Origin: Thermodesulfobacteriota bacterium
Lineage (GTDB): Bacteria > Desulfobacterota_D > UBA1144 > Nemesobacterales > Mycalebacteriaceae
DNA length: 64,000 nt
Reading direction: 5' to 3'
NCBI GenBank assembly: GCA_965205855.1
Contig: OZ242184.1
Span: 672,001 to 736,000, forward strand
The notes beneath the pieces are model-generated. The model had not been told where the DNA came from. It saw only the letters and a program-made list of their open reading frames with translations, and ran no database searches. Below, piece by piece: positions 57,511-64,000 of the stretch. Positions within the stretch are counted from its first letter, which is position 1, and every line of letters starts with the position of its first letter. The position numbers and the translations under genes were made by a program.

Positions 57511-58143
57511 CTATTGTTCCTGTTTTTCATTTCCGGAAGATTGTTTTTCCGCGCCGGATGACACAACCACGCGAGCGGGGCGAATAAGTGTCTCTCCGGC
57601 ACTGTAACCCTTTTCTGTTTCCCGTATTATGAGGCCTTCTTCCATTTTTTCAGATGGTCTTTTCTCTATCGCCTCATGCAGCGCTGGGTTGAATTTATCT
57701 CCGGCTTCCGCTGACAGCTGGCTTATCCCCAGATTTTTCAGTTGTGAGACCGATTGATTGTAAGTTAGCTGGACTCCCTCAATAAGTCCTTTCCCGTCCT
57801 CATCGGATTGCTTTCCATGTCGAAGAGCAAGTTCCAGACTGTCCAAAATTCCAAGGATTGATGTCACCAGTTCTTTTATAACCGCAATTCGGGTTTGCGC
57901 TCTCTCTTTCTCGGCGCGTTTTTTGTAGTTTTCAAAATCAGCCGCCAAACGGAGGAATTTGTCATTCAATTCATCGTATTTTTTTTGAAAATCTTCATAG
58001 TCATTAAGGTCCTTTTTCCCCGTATTGTTATTTTGCCCGCCGGTGCTGTCTTTCTCCGGCTTTTCGTACGACTCAGGTTTTCCGGCTTCCTGACCATCTG
58101 TGTGCTCTCCGTTTTTCACTTCGTCTTTTTTGTCGGAAGTCAT
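57511..58143 (-). CDS. grpE: Nucleotide exchange factor GrpE
   Basis: LRLAADFENYKKR, FNPALHEA, IRPARVVV. Confidence 0.95.
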   Translation of the reverse strand: MTSDKKDEVKNGEHTDGQEAGKPESYEKPEKDSTGGQNNNTGKKDLNDYEDFQKKYDELNDKFLRLAADFENYKKRAEKERAQTRIAVIKELVTSILGILDSLELALRHGKQSDEDGKGLIEGVQLTYNQSVSQLKNLGISQLSAEAGDKFNPALHEAIEKRPSEKMEEGLIIRETEKGYSAGETLIRPARVVVSSGAEKQSSGNEKQEQ

Positions 58144-58156
58144 TGCATTGATTCCT

Positions 58157-58699
58157 TTATTTGCCTGCGGTTTTTTGAGAACTGTCTTCTCCGATTTCGA
58201 TATAAAGCCTTGAGTTCTTTATATAGTTTTCCGCTGATACCCGTATGTTTTCCCTTTCATCGTCAGTGAGGTTTCTTACCGCCTTTGCCGGTACTCCGAC
58301 CGCGAGTCTGCCCGAAGGCAAAACAAATCCGGGAGGCACCAAAGCTCCCGCGCCTACGATTGACTCTTCGTGTATCTCAGCTCCGTCAAGAACAATTGCT
58401 CCCATTCCTATTAACACTTTGCTTGCAACCATGCATCCGTGAACAACTGCGTTGTGTCCTATTGTTACGCAGTCTCCTATCTCAAGCGGATGGCTGTCCG
58501 TTGTTACATGAAGCGTTGAATTGTCCTGTACATTGGTGCCTTTGCCAATTTTGATGTAATTAACATCGCCTCTGGCGACAACATTAAACCAGATACTTGA
58601 CCGCTCCCCGATTGTAACATCCCCTCCTATAAACGCCTGGGTCGCTATAAATGCGGTCGGATGTATTGACGGAGATTTTCCTTTTATATCCGTTATCAA
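58157..58699 (-). CDS. Gamma carbonic anhydrase family protein
   Basis: Hexapeptide repeats, RGD, NVQD..LH, IGH.A..HGC. Confidence 0.9.
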   Translation of the reverse strand: MITDIKGKSPSIHPTAFIATQAFIGGDVTIGERSSIWFNVVARGDVNYIKIGKGTNVQDNSTLHVTTDSHPLEIGDCVTIGHNAVVHGCMVASKVLIGMGAIVLDGAEIHEESIVGAGALVPPGFVLPSGRLAVGVPAKAVRNLTDDERENIRVSAENYIKNSRLYIEIGEDSSQKTAGK

Positions 58700-58700
58700 T

Positions 58701-60617
58701 TTATTTGTCTGTTATCTCAGCGTCTATGACTTCGCCGGAATCGTCTCCGGATTTTTTCTCGCTTTTTCCCCCCGTTTGTTCTTCTACGTTTTCGTCCGTA
58801 GTTTCCGCGCCATTTGCTTGTTGTTTATACATAATCTCGGCAAGTTTATGAGAAGCTTGTGTTATGGCGACATCCGCCTTTTCTATCTCCTTGGAATCAT
58901 TGGACTTGATTGCTTGTTTTCCTGATTCAAGGGCTTGCTCAAGGCTTTTTCTTTCATCTTCGGAAAGTTTTTCCTTGTGCTCTTCGAAGGTTTTTTCCGT
59001 TGAATAGATTAGCTGGTCCAACTTGTTTTTTGTTTGGACAACCTTGTGTTTTTCCTCATCCTCTTCGCTTTTCTCCTTCGCATCTTTTATCATGGAATCG
59101 ATCTCTTCCTGAGACAACCCGCTTGACGCCTCCACTTTGACTTTTTGCTCTTTGTTGGTTGCTTTGTCTTTTGCCGCAACATTAAGAATACCGTCCGCAT
59201 CTATGTCAAAGGACACTTCAACCTGAGGCAACCCTCTGGGTGCGGGAGGTATTTTGTCAAGAATGAATTTGGCAAGCGTTCTGTTGTCCGAAGACATTTT
59301 TCTTTCTCCTTGAAGGACATGAATTTCAACTTGTGTCTGATTGTCTTCGGCGGTTGTGAATATCTGGCTTTTCTTTGTCGGTATTGTTGTATTTGACTCA
59401 ATTACCGGTGTCATTACCCCGCCGAGGGTTTCAATACCCAGAGAAAGCGGAGTAACGTCCAGAAGCAGAACATCCTTAACGTCTCCGCTGAGCACCGCTC
59501 CCTGAATGGCAGCCCCCATTGCCACAACTTCGTCCGGATTGATTCCCTTGTGAGGCTCTTTGCCGAAGAATTCGGTAACGGTTTTCTGGACTATGGGTAT
59601 TCGGGTGGAACCTCCCACAAGCAGAATTTCCGATATATCAGAGGCTTTGAATCCGGAGCTCTCAAGAGCCTCTTTACACGGTCCGAGAGTTCCCTTGACC
59701 AGAGGTTCTATCAACTGCTCCAATTTTGACCTTGTTATCTTCATAACAAGATGTTTTGCTCCCGAAGAGTCTGCTGTGATAAAAGGAAGGTTGATTTCTG
59801 TTTCAAGTTTGCTTGAAAGCTCAACCTTTGCTTTCTCCGCCGCCTCCCTGAGTCTCTGGATTGCCATTTTGTCGCCGGAAAGGTCTATACCGCTGTCTTT
59901 TTTGAACTCTTCAACAACGTAGGTGATTATGTGCCGATCAAAGTCATCGCCTCCAAGCTCGGTGTCGCCGTTGGTTGATTTTACCTCTATTACGCCGTCG
60001 CTTATCTCAAGCACTGATATGTCAAAAGTTCCTCCGCCAAGGTCATAGACGACTATATTTCTGTCTTTCTGGTTGTTGAAACCGTAGGCCAGAGCCGCCG
60101 CGGTCGGCTCATTGATAATTCTGTCAACCTTAAGCCCCGCAATTTCCCCCGAGTCTTTGGTCGCCTGTCTCTGGCTGTCGTTAAAGTATGCGGGAACGGT
60201 TATCACAGCTTCTTTGACTTCCGCCCCTATGTAATTCTCCGCGGCCTTTTTAAGTTTCATCAAAATATGGGAGGCTATCTGCGGCGGGGAGTGTTTCTCT
60301 CCGTCTATTTCAATCCATGCGTCTTTTCCCTTGGGTGATGAAACAACATTGTATGGAAGATTGCCCACAAGGTCTTTTACTTCGTCCAGCCTTCTTCCCA
60401 TGAGTCGTTTTGCCGAGTAAACGGTCTTGTCGGGATTGACAACCGCCTGCCTTTTTGCCGGTGCTCCCACAAGCACCCCGTCTTCATTTGTAAATGCCAA
60501 TATTGAAGGAGTTGTACGCTCCCCCTCTTCGTTTACTATTATTTTTGCCTCTCCGCCTTCAACTATTGAGACAACAGAGTTTGTTGTGCCAAGATCTATT
60601 CCAATTATTTTAGACAT
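58701..60617 (-). CDS. dnaK: Chaperone DnaK
   Basis: [27 protein letters not shown]. Confidence 0.98.
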   Translation of the reverse strand: MSKIIGIDLGTTNSVVSIVEGGEAKIIVNEEGERTTPSILAFTNEDGVLVGAPAKRQAVVNPDKTVYSAKRLMGRRLDEVKDLVGNLPYNVVSSPKGKDAWIEIDGEKHSPPQIASHILMKLKKAAENYIGAEVKEAVITVPAYFNDSQRQATKDSGEIAGLKVDRIINEPTAAALAYGFNNQKDRNIVVYDLGGGTFDISVLEISDGVIEVKSTNGDTELGGDDFDRHIITYVVEEFKKDSGIDLSGDKMAIQRLREAAEKAKVELSSKLETEINLPFITADSSGAKHLVMKITRSKLEQLIEPLVKGTLGPCKEALESSGFKASDISEILLVGGSTRIPIVQKTVTEFFGKEPHKGINPDEVVAMGAAIQGAVLSGDVKDVLLLDVTPLSLGIETLGGVMTPVIESNTTIPTKKSQIFTTAEDNQTQVEIHVLQGERKMSSDNRTLAKFILDKIPPAPRGLPQVEVSFDIDADGILNVAAKDKATNKEQKVKVEASSGLSQEEIDSMIKDAKEKSEEDEEKHKVVQTKNKLDQLIYSTEKTFEEHKEKLSEDERKSLEQALESGKQAIKSNDSKEIEKADVAITQASHKLAEIMYKQQANGAETTDENVEEQTGGKSEKKSGDDSGEVIDAEITDK

Positions 60618-60824
60618 TCCTGATTTCTATCCTCCGTTTTTAGATGAGAATTTTGCTATTACGCTTCACCCTCAACAGTCAAAATAAACACCAAAGGTAC
60701 GGTGTCAAGAAAACAAAACGGTACTCTTGCAAAGAAATTATTGTATATATAGATGATACAATTGGTTTATTGCAAGGGTTTTAACACTCAAATATAAATT
60801 GAATGTTTAATGTTGTGCGAAAAA

Positions 60825-61988
60825 TTATCCTGATATTGCACTGACCGCTCGTTCCGCGGCTTCTTTCATGTTCCCTGCGGTTGTTATGTCCAGTCCAGAT
60901 TTTGCAAGCATTTCTCTGCCGAGTTCAACGTTTGTTCCCTCAAGGCGAACAACGAGAGGAACTTTTATTCCAACTTCTTTTGCGGCGGTGAGTATACCCT
61001 CGGCTATGACATCGCATTTCATTATTCCGCCGAAAATATTAACCAGAATAGATTTCACATTCTTATCCTTCAGTATCATCTTAAAAGCTTTTGTTACTTG
61101 TTCTGTTGTCGCTCCCCCGCCGACATCAAGGAAGTTTGCGGGTTCTCCGCCATAGTATTTTATTATATCCATTGTCGCCATTGCGAGACCCGCTCCGTTG
61201 ACAAGACATCCTATGTTTCCCTCCATTTTGACAAAGCTAATCCCCACTTCTCTGGCTTCAACATCAAGAGGGTTTTCGTCGCTTGTGTCGCGCATCTTTT
61301 CAAGACTTTTGTGTCTGTAAAGAGCGTTGTCATCAAGGTTGATCTTACAGTCAAGCGCGGTGAGTTCGCCTTCGCCAGTCAGGACAAGAGGGTTGATTTC
61401 CGTAATTGAACAGTCATTTTCCTTGTAAAGTTTGTAAAGGTTTGAAATAAATCCGACAGATTTGTTCACCGCTTTGCCGGTAATTCCCAGTCCGTAGGCA
61501 ATCCGCCTGCACTGGAACGGCTGAATACCAATTTTCGGGTTGACAAATTCTTTGATAATCTTCTCCGGGTTTTCTTTTGCCACTTCTTCGATCTCAACTC
61601 CGCCCTCGGAACTTGCCATTACAACATCGCGTTCGCTTGAGCGGTCTGAAATAATTGCGAGATAGAACTCATACGCTATCTCGGAAGGCTCTTCAACGAG
61701 AATTTTGTGAACTATTTTCCCCTCAGGTCCGGTCTGATGAGTTACAAGCTTCATTCCCAGCATCTTTTTGCTGATTTTCTCCACTTCTTCCGGAGTCTCG
61801 GCTATTTTAATCCCGCCGGCTTTTCCCCTGCCTCCGGCAAGCACCTGCGCCTTAACAACGAATCTACCGAAATTCAGGCTTTTGGCATGCTCATAGGCTT
61901 CTTTCGAGGTTGTTGCCATTTTTCCAGAGGGGGTTGGCACACCGTATTGTGAAAGCAATTTTTTTGACTGATATTCGTGAAGGTTCAA
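60825..61988 (-). CDS. sucC: Succinyl-CoA synthetase beta subunit
   Basis: NLHEYQ.K, GGRGKAGG, NGAGLAMAT, NIFGGI. Confidence 0.96.
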   Translation of the reverse strand: MNLHEYQSKKLLSQYGVPTPSGKMATTSKEAYEHAKSLNFGRFVVKAQVLAGGRGKAGGIKIAETPEEVEKISKKMLGMKLVTHQTGPEGKIVHKILVEEPSEIAYEFYLAIISDRSSERDVVMASSEGGVEIEEVAKENPEKIIKEFVNPKIGIQPFQCRRIAYGLGITGKAVNKSVGFISNLYKLYKENDCSITEINPLVLTGEGELTALDCKINLDDNALYRHKSLEKMRDTSDENPLDVEAREVGISFVKMEGNIGCLVNGAGLAMATMDIIKYYGGEPANFLDVGGGATTEQVTKAFKMILKDKNVKSILVNIFGGIMKCDVIAEGILTAAKEVGIKVPLVVRLEGTNVELGREMLAKSGLDITTAGNMKEAAERAVSAISG

Positions 61989-62009
61989 TTTGTTTTCTCC
62001 CTTGAAAAG

Positions 62010-62750
62010 TTATTTGATTGAGGACATTATCCAGTCTCTTTTCATTTTTGCTATGTTGGTGATTGAAATTTCTTTTGGGCATACCGCTTCACATTCGGCA
62101 TGATTTGAGCAGTTACCAAAACCTTCGGTATCCATACGGTCCACCATTTTTTTAACTCGCTCAGCTGATTCGGTTGCGCCTTGGGGCAGAATGCCCAGGT
62201 GGTATATCTTTGCCGATGTAAAAAGCGAGGCTGAAGCGTTAGGGCAAGCCGCCACGCACGCTCCGCAACCGATACATTCGGCGGCATCCATTGCATCGTC
62301 TGCTATGTGTTTTGGAACCGGAATGTTATTCGCATTTGGCGCGCTTCCCGTATTCACGGAAATATACCCGCCAGCGCGTATAATTCTGTCAAACGCACTC
62401 CTGTCAACAATAAGGTCTTTTTGTACCGGAAAGGAAGTTGCCCTGAAAGGTTCTATGAATATGGTTTGTCCGTCTCTAAAATGCCTCATATGCAGTTGAC
62501 AGACAGTTGTCGCCGATTCTGGTCCGTGCGCTTCTCCGTTGATGGTAATTCCGCAAGTCCCGCAGATTCCCTCACGGCAGTCGCTGTCAAAAGCGATTGG
62601 GTCTTCGCCGTTTTTAATCAAATTTTCGTTTACAACATCCAGCATTTCAAGAAAGGACGTATCGGGTGATATGTCCTTCGCATCGTATTTTTTAATTGCT
62701 CCGGCGGATTCGGAGTTTTTCTGTCGCCAAACCATAAGAGTCAAGTTCAT
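62010..62750 (-). CDS. sdhB: Succinate dehydrogenase/fumarate reductase Fe-S subunit
   Basis: [20 protein letters not shown]...CPK; start probably ATG 62750. Confidence 0.93.
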   Translation of the reverse strand: MNLTLMVWRQKNSESAGAIKKYDAKDISPDTSFLEMLDVVNENLIKNGEDPIAFDSDCREGICGTCGITINGEAHGPESATTVCQLHMRHFRDGQTIFIEPFRATSFPVQKDLIVDRSAFDRIIRAGGYISVNTGSAPNANNIPVPKHIADDAMDAAECIGCGACVAACPNASASLFTSAKIYHLGILPQGATESAERVKKMVDRMDTEGFGNCSNHAECEAVCPKEISITNIAKMKRDWIMSSIK

Positions 62751-62919
62751 TGTTCTGTTGTTCTCAGGCATTGAAGTATGGACAGGTACGGACACGGAAA
62801 ACTATACCATAAAAAGGGATTTGTAAATCAGAGCTGCCCTTGAAGAGAAAGGTAGAAAGATACTGTTGAAGAGAAGTGACAGGAAAAACACAAACCTGCG
62901 TAATTTGCCGGACAGTTTT

Positions 62920-64000
62920 TTACTTGTAGCTCCTTGTGGTCGGTTTCACGAACTCAAAATTCAGGTTTTCCTTTATAAGTTCAGCGCGTTCCCCGGGGTT
63001 GTGTTTCCATGCCGATATATATGAGTAATTTTCATCATTGCGGAACGCTTCACCTTCTTCGGTCTGAAACTCTTCCCTGAAATGCCCTCCGCAGGATTCT
63101 TCCCTTTGGAGGGCGTCGCTTGCCATCAGCTCTCCGAGCTCAAGAAAATCCGCCACCCTGCCCGCCATTTCAAGGTTTTTGTTGATTGTGTCTGCGCCTT
63201 CGGGGATTGTGACATTGTTGTGAAATTCCTCTCTGAGTTTGGGAATTTCAGCAAGCGCATGCTTCAGTCCCTCTTTGCTTCTGGACATTCCAACATAGTC
63301 CCACATAACTTTTCCGAGTTCGCGGTGGAACTCAAGAACCGTTTTGTCTCCTTTGGCTGAGAGGAGCTTTTCGGTTTTCTTCCCGGTTTCTTCCGAACTC
63401 TGTCTAAATTCTGGTGCGTCTGTACCGACCTTTGGCAGTTCGGCTCCGGCAAAATACTCGCCGATTGTGTAAGGAATCACAAAATAGCCGTCCGCGAGTC
63501 CCTGCATAAGCGCGCTTGCGCCGAGCCGATTTGCTCCATGGTCGGAGAAATTCGCTTCTCCCAGAACAAAAAGACCGGGGATTGTGCTCATCAATCCGTA
63601 GTCAACCCATAGCCCGCCCATACAGTAATGAACCGCAGGATATATTCTCATTGGAACCTTGTAGGGATTCTCATCGGTAATTTTCTGATAGATATCAAAA
63701 AGGTTTCCATATTTTTCCTTTACTGAGCGCTCTCCGAGCCGCTCTATTGCAGATGCAAAGTCCAGATAGACAGAAAGTCCGGTCTCTCCTACTCCGCTAC
63801 CCTCGTCGCATATGGCTTTTGCCGCCCTTGAGGCCACGTCCCGTGGCACAAGGTTTCCATATGCCGGATACTTTCTCTCAAGATAGTAATCTCTTTCATC
63901 TTCGGGTATTTCGTCGGGTCTTCTCTTGTCGCCCTTAGTTTTCGGAACCCACACTCTTCCGTCATTTCTGAGGCTTTCGCTCATAAGAGTCAGTTTTGAT
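62920..64000 (-). CDS. sdhA: Succinate dehydrogenase/fumarate reductase flavoprotein (3' part; runs off window end)
   Basis: [33 protein letters not shown]. Confidence 0.94.
   Translation of the reverse strand, partial: SKLTLMSESLRNDGRVWVPKTKGDKRRPDEIPEDERDYYLERKYPAYGNLVPRDVASRAAKAICDEGSGVGETGLSVYLDFASAIERLGERSVKEKYGNLFDIYQKITDENPYKVPMRIYPAVHYCMGGLWVDYGLMSTIPGLFVLGEANFSDHGANRLGASALMQGLADGYFVIPYTIGEYFAGAELPKVGTDAPEFRQSSEETGKKTEKLLSAKGDKTVLEFHRELGKVMWDYVGMSRSKEGLKHALAEIPKLREEFHNNVTIPEGADTINKNLEMAGRVADFLELGELMASDALQREESCGGHFREEFQTEEGEAFRNDENYSYISAWKHNPGERAELIKENLNFEFVKPTTRSYK

Noticed and set aside
60781-60810. CIRCE-like inverted repeat upstream of dnaK
   Set aside because: Several mismatches to TTAGCACTC-N9-GAGTGCTAA and an 11-nt spacer; may just be an AT-rich hairpin after sucC.

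Overview
Bacterial chromosomal window, mostly housekeeping genes: recR, ybaB, dnaX, SRP RNA, three tRNAs, gatCAB, carA, gshB, heme synthesis, obgE, recF, ileS, pyruvate dehydrogenase, metH, dnaK-grpE-dnaJ, sucC and sdhAB. The gene content looks deltaproteobacterial (possibly Dadabacteria or another host-associated lineage; this is inference only). The standout is a 5,860-bp AT-rich element at 31980-37867, bounded by two directly repeated 28-bp dif (XerC/XerD) sites. It encodes an apparently intact ssDNA microvirus of the phiX174-like type: F capsid, G-like spike, D external scaffold, HUH Rep A with an overprinted B-like gene, H pilot and small accessory ORFs. The gene order is rearranged, and no integrase or repressor is recognisable. 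A consensus -35 box lies beside the left dif site and a -10 box lies inside dif, so a promoter would sit upstream of the first phage gene only after excision, a candidate recombination-controlled lysogeny switch. Secondary oddities are a thiolase with an AT-hook-like tail, a frameshifted ankyrin/J-like islet, a sulfur carrier extended past its GG motif, a HemD-HemE fusion and a Cdc48-type ATPase. All homology calls come from reading motifs and from recalled reference sequences; no searches were run.
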